This document shows positions 39,148 through 48,573 of a stretch of DNA of 64,000 nt, one piece after another. Source of the stretch: Nitrospiraceae bacterium (GTDB lineage Bacteria > Nitrospirota > Nitrospiria > Nitrospirales > UBA2166); the NCBI GenBank assembly GCA_002726235.1, contig PBSN01000008.1, forward strand, positions 164,643-228,642. The letters run 5' to 3'. A model generated the notes under the pieces. That model had not been told where the DNA came from, ran no database searches, and saw only the letters and a list, made by a program, of their open reading frames with translations. The position numbers and the translations under genes were made by a program. Within the stretch, counting starts at the first letter, position 1; each line of letters starts with the position of its first letter.

Positions 39148-40455
39148 CTAATAGCGATAGTAATCGGGTTTAAATGGTCCTGAGACTGGCAGTCCTAAGT
39201 ACTTTGATTGCTCGTCTGAAAGTACGGTCAGTTTCACGCCTAGTTGGTCAAGGTGTAGTCTCGCAACTTCTTCATCGAGGCTTTTGGGAAGGACGTGAAC
39301 ACCAACAGGATATTTTTCTGTCTCGCTCCACAGGGCGATTTGCGCAAGAACTTGGTTGGAGAAACTATTGCTCATGACAAACGATGGATGCCCGGTGGCA
39401 CATCCTAGATTCACTAACCGGCCTCTGGCGAGTACGATGATGGTCTTTCCGTCTGGAAAGATGAATTTGTCAACCTGAGGCTTAATTTCTATCTCGCTCA
39501 CGTCCGAACGATTTACGAGGTAGGCAATGTCGATTTCTGAATCAAAATGGCCGATGTTGCATACGATTGCATTATCTTTCATGGCATCCAAATGACGGCC
39601 ATCAATGGCTTTCATGCAGCCTGTCGCGGTGACAAAAATATCTCCGATCGATGCGGCCTCATCCATTGTTACGACTTCAAACCCTTCCATCGCGGCCTGA
39701 AGGGCGCAAATTGGATCGATTTCAGTAACGAGCGCACGGGCACCAAATCCTCGTATCGATTGGGCACAACCTTTTCCAACCCCTCCGTATCCTGCCACAA
39801 CCACAATTTTTCCAGCGACCATGACGTCTGTGGCACGCTTTAGGCCGTCGACCAATGATTCACGGCATCCATAGAGATTGTCAAACTTGGACTTAGTGAC
39901 GGAATCATTCACGTTCATGGCTGGGACCTTGAGATCGCCCCGCTCATGCATTTGGTACAGGCGGGCGACACCGGTTGTGGTCTCCTCACTCAATCCTCGC
40001 ATGGTTTCCAGAATTTCAGGGTGTTTCTGGTGAACGATGGCCGTCAGATCTCCGCCATCATCGAGGATCATGTTCAAGGGTTTTCCGTCGTCCCAATATA
40101 ACGTTTGGTCAATGCACCATTCATATTCTTCCTCGGTTTCACCCTTCCAGGCAAAGACTGGAATTCCCGCAGTTGCCATGGCAGCCGCGGCATGATCCTG
40201 GGTTGAGAAAATGTTGCAGGAGGACCAACGGACGGTAGCGCCTAATGCAACCAAGGTCTCCATGAGCACTGCGGTTTGGATGGTCATGTGGAGACAGCCG
40301 GCAATGCGGGCACCCTTTAACGGTTGCTCTTTCTTGTGTTTGCGGCGGATTGCCATGAGGCCTGGCATTTCTTTTTCGGCAATTTCAATTTCTTTCCGGC
40401 CCCAGTCGGCAAGCGTAATATCAGCGACTTTATAATCCTGTGTAGCTGTCGTCAT
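39148..40455 (-). CDS. ahcY: Adenosylhomocysteinase
   Basis: [52 protein letters not shown]-terminal YRY. Confidence 0.98.
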   Translation of the reverse strand: MTTATQDYKVADITLADWGRKEIEIAEKEMPGLMAIRRKHKKEQPLKGARIAGCLHMTIQTAVLMETLVALGATVRWSSCNIFSTQDHAAAAMATAGIPVFAWKGETEEEYEWCIDQTLYWDDGKPLNMILDDGGDLTAIVHQKHPEILETMRGLSEETTTGVARLYQMHERGDLKVPAMNVNDSVTKSKFDNLYGCRESLVDGLKRATDVMVAGKIVVVAGYGGVGKGCAQSIRGFGARALVTEIDPICALQAAMEGFEVVTMDEAASIGDIFVTATGCMKAIDGRHLDAMKDNAIVCNIGHFDSEIDIAYLVNRSDVSEIEIKPQVDKFIFPDGKTIIVLARGRLVNLGCATGHPSFVMSNSFSNQVLAQIALWSETEKYPVGVHVLPKSLDEEVARLHLDQLGVKLTVLSDEQSKYLGLPVSGPFKPDYYRY

Positions 40456-40822
40456 TACGAAACGAACCCCCTTTCTGTACTTTGTTTGTCCTCATCTTGA
40501 TCTCGGTGATCAAAACCACCCGCACACTCTGCCGTTTACGTGGCGGCCACGTCAACAAAGGCACGATTACATAGAAGAGGCTCTTGGCAAGTGGACTATG
40601 GACCATTGTAACAGGAAAACCTATTAAACCAACCCCTGGCGCGGATGAATCACGTTGTGCATGGTGTCAGTACGCGACAATCTCCTATTAATAGGGCCTA
40701 GGACTCCTCTACATCTGAATATCTGGCATGCTCCGTTGTATGGCAGATAGGCAGTAAGGTATGATTGGCATCCGCTAGTCCTATTGCATGCTGCTTTTAT
40801 TCCATGAGTCCACGAGGGGAAG

Positions 40823-41575
40823 ATGAAAGAGAAAAACATCCTGTTGGTCTTCATTCTGATCACACTACTGCTTGGAGGAGGTTCTGCAGCAGCATACAAT
40901 GCAATATTGATTGACCATGGAGCCACCGTCCGTGGCTATGTTACGTATACGGGTGTAGTTCCTGAATCCGATATTTACTATATGCAGAAAAATCCTCGGG
41001 TGTGCGGTCAAGCACGTGATGCAAAAGATGGAACGCGTTCCGTGTCAATGGTTCGTGTTGATGAGAGAATGCTTAAGGATGTGGTGTTGTATTTGGATGG
41101 TGTTACTGCAGGCAAGCCGTTTTCCAAAGACTTCTCAGATTTTTCTACATTTCGGTCTCGATGGTGCACCTGGGAACCACGGATAGGGGTTTTTGTAAAT
41201 GGAGAGCCTATTACAATCGTCAATCTTGATTCTGTCGTCCACAATCCAATTGGATATGAAACTATTGGGCGTGCACGCCTGAATCACTTTAATGTTCCAT
41301 TGCATATGGAAGAGTCGCAATTTCACATGCCGGTGGTGTTACGTAAGGGGAAGGTGCTGAAACTTGAGTGCCTGCAGCACCAATTTATGCACAGTTGGAT
41401 CTTTGCAGTTGATAATCCGTATTTCGCAATCGCTGGTGATCATGGCGATTTTAGAATAGGGGACATTCCTCCTGGCAACTATTCGTTAAACGCATGGCAT
41501 CCTACGTTAGGCCACAAAAGCAAATCTGTAACGGTTGTGGCTAACCAGACCCTAGAGGTGACGTTTGAATTTTGA
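40823..41575 (+). CDS. Exported cupredoxin-like / carboxypeptidase-regulatory-like domain protein
   Basis: Signal peptide; NLDSVVHN and CLQHQFM; NPYFAI...G.F.I.DIPPGNY...WHP. Confidence 0.8.
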   Translation: MKEKNILLVFILITLLLGGGSAAAYNAILIDHGATVRGYVTYTGVVPESDIYYMQKNPRVCGQARDAKDGTRSVSMVRVDERMLKDVVLYLDGVTAGKPFSKDFSDFSTFRSRWCTWEPRIGVFVNGEPITIVNLDSVVHNPIGYETIGRARLNHFNVPLHMEESQFHMPVVLRKGKVLKLECLQHQFMHSWIFAVDNPYFAIAGDHGDFRIGDIPPGNYSLNAWHPTLGHKSKSVTVVANQTLEVTFEF

Positions 41576-42851
41576 TGACTCTCATCTGATTATTGCAACA
41601 ACGATTTTTGCATTGACCTACGCTCTGATTGTTTGGGAGCGCTTTAACCGAGCAGTGGTGGCGTTATCTGGTGCGGTGTTGATGATTCTTTTTGGGATGA
41701 TTACCCAAGAAGCGGCGATTCAAGGAGTAGATTTTAATACCATCGGCCTACTTGTCGGAATGATGGCCATGGTGACTATTTCTCGCCAGACGGGGATGTT
41801 TGAGTACGTCGCTATCTTGAGTGCAAAGATGATGAAAGGAGATCCATGGGGATGTTTGGTGATGCTCTCTGTGGTGACGGCGGTGTTTTCCGCCCTTCTC
41901 GATAACGTGACCACCGTGATGTTAATTGTTCCAATTACATTGCTGGTCACAGAGGAACTGAAAGTATCGCCATATCCGTTTCTTGCCGTAGAAATTCTCG
42001 CTTCGAATATTGGTGGTGCTGCAACGCTTATCGGAGATCCCCCTAATATTATGATTGGAAGCGCTGCTCATCTGACATTTATGGACTTTATCATTAATGT
42101 CGCGCCGCTCATGCCGTTTGTGTTTATTGCAACCCTTATCCCTGTTTGGTTTATCTTTGGGCGGAAGATGGCGGCCGATCCGAAGGATCGGGCGAAAATC
42201 ATGCAGTTCAATGAGCGCGATGCCATCCGGGATATCGTGCTACTTCGCAAGTGTTTATGGGTCCTCGGATTGGTTGGGGCTGGGTTTATCTTTCAGCACC
42301 CTCTCCATCTTGAAGCGGCAACGATTGCACTAACTGGAGCTGCGTTACTGTTCCTAATTAGCGGGGCAGATTTTCATGAAAATATTGAAAAGATCGAGTG
42401 GACGACGATTTTCTTTTTTATTGGACTTTTTATTGTGGTAGCTGGCATTGAACATGCCGGTTTACTTACCATCATGGCGCAGTGGGTATTGGATGTGACG
42501 GAAGGGAGTCCTTCTGCAACCGTTCTCATGATCCTTTGGGTTTCGGCCGTCCTCTCGGCGCTCGTGGACAATATTCCATTTGTGGCAACTATGATTCCAA
42601 TGATTAAGGAAATGGAAGGACCTTTTGGTGGAGAAGAAGCCCTTTTGCCGCTGTGGTGGGCATTGTCTATCGGGGCATGTTTGGGCGGCAATGGTAGTCT
42701 GATTGGGGCATCTGCAAATGTCATCGTGGCGGGATTTGCCGATCGCGCTGGTCATCCCATCGGCTTTATCCGCTTCTTACGGATTGGATTTCCACTTATG
42801 CTGCTGTCTATTGTAATCAGTACGGGTTATGTGTATTGGCGGTTTATTTGA
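41565..42851 (+). CDS. ArsB/NhaD (SLC13-like) ion transporter
   Basis: SALLDNVTT, SNIGGAATLIGDPPN, SALVDNIPF, LGGNGSLIGASAN; TTG start with SD GAGGTG. Confidence 0.93.
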   Translation: MNFDDSHLIIATTIFALTYALIVWERFNRAVVALSGAVLMILFGMITQEAAIQGVDFNTIGLLVGMMAMVTISRQTGMFEYVAILSAKMMKGDPWGCLVMLSVVTAVFSALLDNVTTVMLIVPITLLVTEELKVSPYPFLAVEILASNIGGAATLIGDPPNIMIGSAAHLTFMDFIINVAPLMPFVFIATLIPVWFIFGRKMAADPKDRAKIMQFNERDAIRDIVLLRKCLWVLGLVGAGFIFQHPLHLEAATIALTGAALLFLISGADFHENIEKIEWTTIFFFIGLFIVVAGIEHAGLLTIMAQWVLDVTEGSPSATVLMILWVSAVLSALVDNIPFVATMIPMIKEMEGPFGGEEALLPLWWALSIGACLGGNGSLIGASANVIVAGFADRAGHPIGFIRFLRIGFPLMLLSIVISTGYVYWRFI

Positions 42852-42905
42852 TTGGAGCGTTGGGATGGTGTTTCGATATGTACGAGGTTTGAAGGTGAGG
42901 ACGAT

Positions 42906-43355
42906 ATGATTGTACGAGAAATCATGACAACCGATGTGCGTTTTGTGACTGGTGATATGACGATTGAAGATGCGGTCGGTATGATGCGAAAAGCGAAAGT
43001 ACAAACGATCCCCGTGGTTGGGCCGGATGGTCTTTTCGCGGGGATGTTTACTGTGAGAATGTTCTTAAAGAAAGCATTGCCCGCGTATATTCGAAGTGGA
43101 GATTTACCGGATGTTCGATTTGCGCCAGACTTGCCGCAATTTCATGAAACTTTGAATCAAATGAGGACGGCGGCGGTTTCGACTGTCATGGACGTAAACC
43201 ATCCCACTGTGGTCGCGGAAAATTCTGCGCTGGAATGTGCTGCGTTGTTGATTAACACGAAGCGGCGTATCCGAAGTGTCCCTGTGGTCAACGCAGCGAA
43301 TCAGTTGATCGGGCTCGTCACAGGGTGGGATATCATCAAAAACCTCTATCAATAA
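42906..43355 (+). CDS. CBS-pair protein
   Basis: VREIMT, IPVV, VMD, VPVV...LIGLVT.WDI; SD GTGAGG. Confidence 0.9.
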   Translation: MIVREIMTTDVRFVTGDMTIEDAVGMMRKAKVQTIPVVGPDGLFAGMFTVRMFLKKALPAYIRSGDLPDVRFAPDLPQFHETLNQMRTAAVSTVMDVNHPTVVAENSALECAALLINTKRRIRSVPVVNAANQLIGLVTGWDIIKNLYQ

Positions 43356-43424
43356 AAAATGGCTTCAGGATTCCTGACTTAATTCTGGGAGTGGAACTCA
43401 AGAAGTGGTGGTGGGGAATGAGAT

Positions 43425-43460
43425 GTGACTGCCCCTCAATTATTCATGAGAGGCAGTCAC
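43425..43460. terminator. Hairpin between the convergent CBS and CHRD genes
   Basis: GTGACTGCC.CTCA / TGAG.GGCAGTCAC inverted repeat. Confidence 0.65.
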
Positions 43461-43482
43461 GCTTGGTGTGTGTACAAACGAT

Positions 43483-44424
43483 CTAGAATCCTCCTGCCAA
43501 CGTTTCCACGACTGTGATTTGGCCTCTGACTTCACCTGGAGGATGAGACTCGGTGTGTACGACGAGGTAGGCTTGGTCGATTCGCATACGTTCAACCAAG
43601 ACAGAGACTGGTCCACCGCTCAGTTCATTCAGCAACTGGTCTTCGCGCAAAGTCCCCGCACTCTTATCCCCGTTGTCTCTCCTAATGATCCCGTTAACAG
43701 GTCCTGTAGGGTCACCTATCGGAAACAGGAAGGCGCCAACTGGTCCGCCCGACTGTGCGAATCCAAGATGGAGATGGACTTGAGTAATTCCCTCGATATT
43801 AAAGCATTTGACTTTGTATTTGAGATTCTTTCCCTTGGCTCTAAGCGACCCAATGCACGAGGCATCTGTTGATACCGTATCAGGCCGCATTTGGCCGCCG
43901 CTTAATGTCGCGATGAAGAACTCGTCAACGATGTTGGCGTCGCCAATTTCGACTATTTGGCCACGAACTTCCCCTGGCCGATTTCCCTCTGTGTGTACGT
44001 TAAGATAGACCTCACCGTTTTTCATACTGTCTGTGAGGTCGTCGATGGTCCCAGTGAGCACTATATCTTCACTGATCGTTCCTTTTGCGACAAGTCCATC
44101 AAAATCTTGTCCTTCAACCGGGCCGAAAATAAAAGCGGCGAGGTCCCCTACGTTATCTGCATCTCCAAGATGAAGATGAGCTGCGGTGACTCCAAGAATA
44201 TTAAAACATTGAAGTTTATATGGTAATTCACCGTCAGCATTTGCGTCACTCACATTGAGGATACATTTGGCATCAGTGAGGACACCTTCAATATCATCAA
44301 AACCTTCCCCAACCTGTTGAGAGCCTGTTGCTGAGGCAATGAAGATCGCTGAGGCCTGACTTGTCATGCCAAAGACGATCAGTATGGACGCGAGCAACGC
44401 GGAGATGACTGTTTTCTTCATCAT
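43483..44424 (-). CDS. Exported protein with two CHRD domains
   Basis: Signal peptide; AAHLHLG...YLNVHT...PGEVRGQI and QVHLHLG...YLVVHT...PGEVRGQI; SD AAGGAGG. Confidence 0.9.
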   Translation of the reverse strand: MMKKTVISALLASILIVFGMTSQASAIFIASATGSQQVGEGFDDIEGVLTDAKCILNVSDANADGELPYKLQCFNILGVTAAHLHLGDADNVGDLAAFIFGPVEGQDFDGLVAKGTISEDIVLTGTIDDLTDSMKNGEVYLNVHTEGNRPGEVRGQIVEIGDANIVDEFFIATLSGGQMRPDTVSTDASCIGSLRAKGKNLKYKVKCFNIEGITQVHLHLGFAQSGGPVGAFLFPIGDPTGPVNGIIRRDNGDKSAGTLREDQLLNELSGGPVSVLVERMRIDQAYLVVHTESHPPGEVRGQITVVETLAGGF

Positions 44425-44702
44425 AGCTACAACCTCCTTAACTTACCTGATTTCTTGTCACCATGCAGCCTGTTTGTTCGTCATGCTAGAGTATGCAATC
44501 CTTTATCCTGCCGTCAAGGAAAAGATGCTCGGTGAAGACGCACGGGAGACTTTACCCGACGGTAGATCCTCTAGTAGTAGAAGCACTTTGCTTTGGTTTG
44601 TGGGTACGAAACTGTGATGCGCATTACAGTCAATTGTAGTGGCGTTCTCGGTCGATGTGACAAATTTTGGTGCTGCTGTTATCCAGCTTGTGACACAGGC
44701 GG

Positions 44703-45431
44703 TTAGGGGATGCTGTTTTCGGTCCCGATAGTGGGAGGGGTGCTTATCCAAGAGTCGGGGCTGTCACCGTTGCCGCGGAACGAGAGTGATTGCCCAGCAG
44801 GTGGAGAGGGCACAAAGGCCTCTTCCGGCCAAATGTTAGCTCCGACGGCTACACCTTGGCGAAAATGATTAGGTTCTCCCCACTGCATATAGTCAGTGAT
44901 GAGATCACTGTTTGCAAAATTATCATCCGCAAACCCGAATGGAACATAAAGGCCCATTTCCCCATGGGGAACGTTCATTGGGATTGGTACTTCAGGAAAT
45001 GCGAAAATTTCGTTTTCAGAATTTGTGCCACTGATTCCCCAGTTTACGATCAAGAAGGCGCCAGGTTCAATGATTGTGTTATCGGGTATCTGCGCGTAGA
45101 TGAGAGCAGGAGTAGTATGGCACAGCCAAAATCCACTGATATCAGCGGATGCACGTGTTGGGTTGTGTAGCTCAATCTGTGAAGTCTCTGGGAAAATTTC
45201 GTTGATGATGATGATTTCTGGATTTCCGGTGGCTTCGGTAGCCCCAGTATTACTAGTAGGGTTAGGAGCGCCGGTAGACTCTGTGCTGTTCGTTTGTCCG
45301 CTCACCCCGGTATCTGGCGAATTCAGATCAATATTTCCAGCATCACCGCATCCGGATCCAAACACGATAAGGGGTAGAAAAACGAGAATGGAGAACCGAG
45401 TGTGGCGTGTGGTTAGTGGAGATGCAGACAT
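44703..45431 (-). CDS. Lamin-tail-domain lipoprotein
   Basis: Lipobox GSGC, S/T/P/N-rich linker, IIINEI...IELHN....DISGFWL....IEPGAFLIV. Confidence 0.8.
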   Translation of the reverse strand: MSASPLTTRHTRFSILVFLPLIVFGSGCGDAGNIDLNSPDTGVSGQTNSTESTGAPNPTSNTGATEATGNPEIIIINEIFPETSQIELHNPTRASADISGFWLCHTTPALIYAQIPDNTIIEPGAFLIVNWGISGTNSENEIFAFPEVPIPMNVPHGEMGLYVPFGFADDNFANSDLITDYMQWGEPNHFRQGVAVGANIWPEEAFVPSPPAGQSLSFRGNGDSPDSWISTPPTIGTENSIP

Positions 45432-45553
45432 GCCGTCTTTTTCAAATTAATCTTTTGAAAAGTGGTCCTGGGAAAGTATACTATGATGGTAGTCTGGCAA
45501 TGGCGTGAGTACTCACTCCTACTCTATCAGGAAGTCTACGATACTACGACATT

Positions 45554-46195
45554 ATGAAAAGTACAAACTCTAATGCATCTTCGATAACACTTACGTTGGG
45601 TATATATACTGCGTGTATCGGCTTTTCCTTGGTCATTTCTGGAGGGAGTGTAGCGATTGGATATCTTCAACACGATGAAGATATCTTGATAAAGGCTGGT
45701 CAATCTATGCCAGTTGCTGGGGCAGAGCCTCTTCCGGATCTTCCGGATGTAACCCTGACTACTCAGGATGGTCAAGCGGTTCGTTTTCACGATCTGTTGG
45801 ATAACCAGCTTTCAATCATTAACTTTATCTATACTTCGTGCAGTAATGTATGTCCTCTTACCACTGCAAATTTTGTCCAACTAAAACACCTAGCGAGTGA
45901 TCTGGATTTCCAAATGATTTCCATTTCCATCGATCCGAAACGAGATACCCCAGCGCGTTTGCAAAAGTTTATGCAAGTCCAGGGTGCTCTGTCACCACGT
46001 TGGACATTTCTCACTGGGTCGTCCCGTGCAATTATGCCGTTGCTTGGAGGCTTTGGGTTTTACGATGTTGCAGTTGATGATCACTCGCCCGGTGTGGTGA
46101 TCTGGGATGGGAGGAATATGCAGTGGACTCGCCTCGTGAGTCTTCCGCCTCCCCACATTTTACTTGAGGCATTGCAAAAGTTTTTTCCGGGGTGA
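45554..46195 (+). CDS. SCO1/SenC-family copper chaperone
   Basis: N-terminal TM, FIYTSCSNVCP (CxxxC), ISIDPKRDTP, WTFLTG, DHS. Confidence 0.9.
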   Translation: MKSTNSNASSITLTLGIYTACIGFSLVISGGSVAIGYLQHDEDILIKAGQSMPVAGAEPLPDLPDVTLTTQDGQAVRFHDLLDNQLSIINFIYTSCSNVCPLTTANFVQLKHLASDLDFQMISISIDPKRDTPARLQKFMQVQGALSPRWTFLTGSSRAIMPLLGGFGFYDVAVDDHSPGVVIWDGRNMQWTRLVSLPPPHILLEALQKFFPG

Positions 46196-46212
46196 CATTG
46201 GGGGTGACATTG
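46189..46212 (+). repeat. 12-bp tandem duplication
   Basis: GGGGTGACATTG twice, spanning the SCO stop and ending at ATG 46213. Confidence 0.85.
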
Positions 46213-47496
46213 ATGAGTAGGCTGATGGCAGTGGGGATCGTTATGATGTTAATGGGGTCTGTTTGCTTGGCTCATGCCGATCAGATGGATGACGTTGTCC
46301 AGACTCTAATTCGTGAAGCGAGTGAAGAATCTTTAGAGGACGTTGAATCTACACTGCTGAGGCTTGGTCCCATGGCTGTCGATTCATTAGTTCGCCTGCT
46401 CGCATCAGATGATAACGCGTTGCGGATGACTGCGGTTCGTGTGCTCGGAAGTATGGACCATACCATTGATGAGAAACTATTTCAGGCACTTCGGGATGAT
46501 AGATGGAAGGTGCGAGTTGCTGCAGTGAGCGCATTAGCACATCATCAATCCGAGATGGTTGTAAAACACCTCCTCACCAAACTGCACGATTTGCACCCTT
46601 CGGTTCGTTCCGCTTCCGCTAGAGCACTTGGACGGATTGGAAATGCTGAGGCGATTGACAGTCTTATCCTGGCGCTACAGGACGCGCAACGGATAGTGCG
46701 CAAGAGTGCTGCAAAAGCTCTCGGACGAATTGGGGATCCTCGTGCAATAGTGCCGCTGATAGCGATTCTTCAAGAGGGTGGTGTCGTACAGAGGGAGTCA
46801 ATGCGTGCATTGGCACACATCGGTCCACCTGCAATTCAGCCGCTCTCGGCAATTGTTTCCGATGGGAATCAAAACGCTTCTGTTCGACAGATAGCAGCGT
46901 TGGTATTGAGGGAAATCGCTTTACTGGAGCGTGTGACTTCGATAGCGGACAGTGTTCCTGCTCTTGGTGTTGGGTTGAGGGATAACGATGCTGGCGTCCG
47001 TCAGGCCTCTGCTGATGCGCTCGTCATTATTGGCCAGCCCGCCGCCGATCTTCTGCGTACTGCGTTGCTGAACGATCTAGATCCAGGAGTGCGCGCTGAA
47101 GCTGCAACCATCTTTGGACGTAGTGGTTCTGCCACAGCTTGGTATGCGGAAGCTGTGGACGCGCTAATTCTTGCACTTGCTGACCAAGAGGAGCATGTTC
47201 GTGTTGCTGTACGAACGGCGCTTATTCGGATTCATGTCATTGCGCATGGGCAACTTGTTGCTGCATTGAATGATAAAAACCCCGTTCGCCGGATGGGGGT
47301 AAGTGAGGTGCTTGGTGCCATTGGGCACCGTGGGTCAATTCAGCCACTTGAGACGCTTCGCAAGATCGAGTTAGATCCTGCCGTTCGAACGTCTATTGAG
47401 TCGGCTTTGGAGGTGTTGCATGCGAAACCAAGCGCCAAAATGCCATCTCTCCCCTCTCCATCAACCTTGAAAGGTTCTCGTTCAAGCGGGTTTTGA
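46213..47496 (+). CDS. Exported HEAT-repeat (PBS lyase-like) protein
   Basis: Signal peptide ending AHA-D; repeated L.D....VR..AA.ALG.IG units. Confidence 0.88.
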   Translation: MSRLMAVGIVMMLMGSVCLAHADQMDDVVQTLIREASEESLEDVESTLLRLGPMAVDSLVRLLASDDNALRMTAVRVLGSMDHTIDEKLFQALRDDRWKVRVAAVSALAHHQSEMVVKHLLTKLHDLHPSVRSASARALGRIGNAEAIDSLILALQDAQRIVRKSAAKALGRIGDPRAIVPLIAILQEGGVVQRESMRALAHIGPPAIQPLSAIVSDGNQNASVRQIAALVLREIALLERVTSIADSVPALGVGLRDNDAGVRQASADALVIIGQPAADLLRTALLNDLDPGVRAEAATIFGRSGSATAWYAEAVDALILALADQEEHVRVAVRTALIRIHVIAHGQLVAALNDKNPVRRMGVSEVLGAIGHRGSIQPLETLRKIELDPAVRTSIESALEVLHAKPSAKMPSLPSPSTLKGSRSSGF

Positions 47497-47595
47497 AGGT
47501 AAGGTAGTTATTACGAAGGCGGTAGCGCTTTCGTGTGTGACGTGCGCAGGATGTGTTCGGCACGTGGGTGGTCATACGGCACTCTGACTGTACGA

Positions 47596-48306
47596 TTAAA
47601 GCAGTTCGTGTCGAATGGTGATGTCGGTCTCTGCTTTCAGTGACTCTTGGAAGGCAAGGACGGCACGTTGCTGTTTTCTGAACAGGGCGGCAAGGACAAG
47701 CTGTTCCGGTGTTGGGTTTTTTGCGGGGTCGATATCCTCATCCGAGGTTTCAGGGATCTCAATGGCGCGTACCATGTCAGCTTCTCGTGTGGTAAGTACG
47801 ATCGAATCTCTGACAACGGCCTTCACTTTCTGTCGGAGAATCTCATTCATCTGCTCAGCTTCGAATTCAAGAGGGGTGATGTACATAGTACGAAGGATCT
47901 GCTGGTAACGTCGTGAGTCAAAACTGCCATTCGTCCTAAATGCTTCCGTCCCCGTGATGAGTGTCTGAAGTTCATCTGCTGTTGCCGTGACACCAATCGT
48001 TTTTGCGGCTTGAAGCCACACGGCATCCTCAATCAGAGTGTTAAGAACTAACTGACGAACAGTTTCTTCTTTGACGTCTGGGCTAACTTGACGATATTGC
48101 CGATGAAGGTTGCGGTAAGCGCGGCGGTATTCGTCCAGCGTGACGGTGTTGCTCCCTGCGATAATAACGGCATCGCGAATATCAGCTCCTTCTTCCCCAA
48201 ATCCCCACCAACCCATACCGCCGATAAATGCGATTGCGATTGCAAACATCAAGGATCGAAAGAACCACACTCGTGCCATGGCGCCTTCTCGAATTAGCTT
48301 AATCAT
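47596..48306 (-). CDS. SurA/PpiD N-terminal-domain chaperone (no PPIase domain)
   Basis: TM helix, EYRRAY, VLNTLIE, F.TNGSFD..RY; SD GGAGG. Confidence 0.8.
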   Translation of the reverse strand: MIKLIREGAMARVWFFRSLMFAIAIAFIGGMGWWGFGEEGADIRDAVIIAGSNTVTLDEYRRAYRNLHRQYRQVSPDVKEETVRQLVLNTLIEDAVWLQAAKTIGVTATADELQTLITGTEAFRTNGSFDSRRYQQILRTMYITPLEFEAEQMNEILRQKVKAVVRDSIVLTTREADMVRAIEIPETSDEDIDPAKNPTPEQLVLAALFRKQQRAVLAFQESLKAETDITIRHELL

Positions 48307-48573
48307 CGTGCCTCCAGCAGATTGCGATGGTTGGTCCGAGAGTAAATCCAGATGATAACCATTATCCTAGTATTTTAGGCTGTGTGTGTAGAAAAAGGCA
48401 ATGCGTCGGGATAAGAAAGCCTAGAAGCTTGTTTTCTTACCGGGGTATCACCGATTCCGAAATGCAGATTAAAGAAGAATGTGTAATGAATAAAGGTTTT
48501 TGATATATTGTGGATGGCAATGTGGCGATGAAATCGGCGAGTCGACTGTGGCATGAGAGGGTATTAATTTGAG

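Noticed and set aside
40456..40700. Canonical SAH riboswitch
   Set aside because: The GAGGAGCG...AGGCTC...CGCT core was not found on the minus strand; kept only as an unclassified structured leader
40624..40926. 100-aa minus-strand ORF upstream of ahcY
   Set aside because: It overlaps the start of the cupredoxin-like gene and has non-protein-like composition
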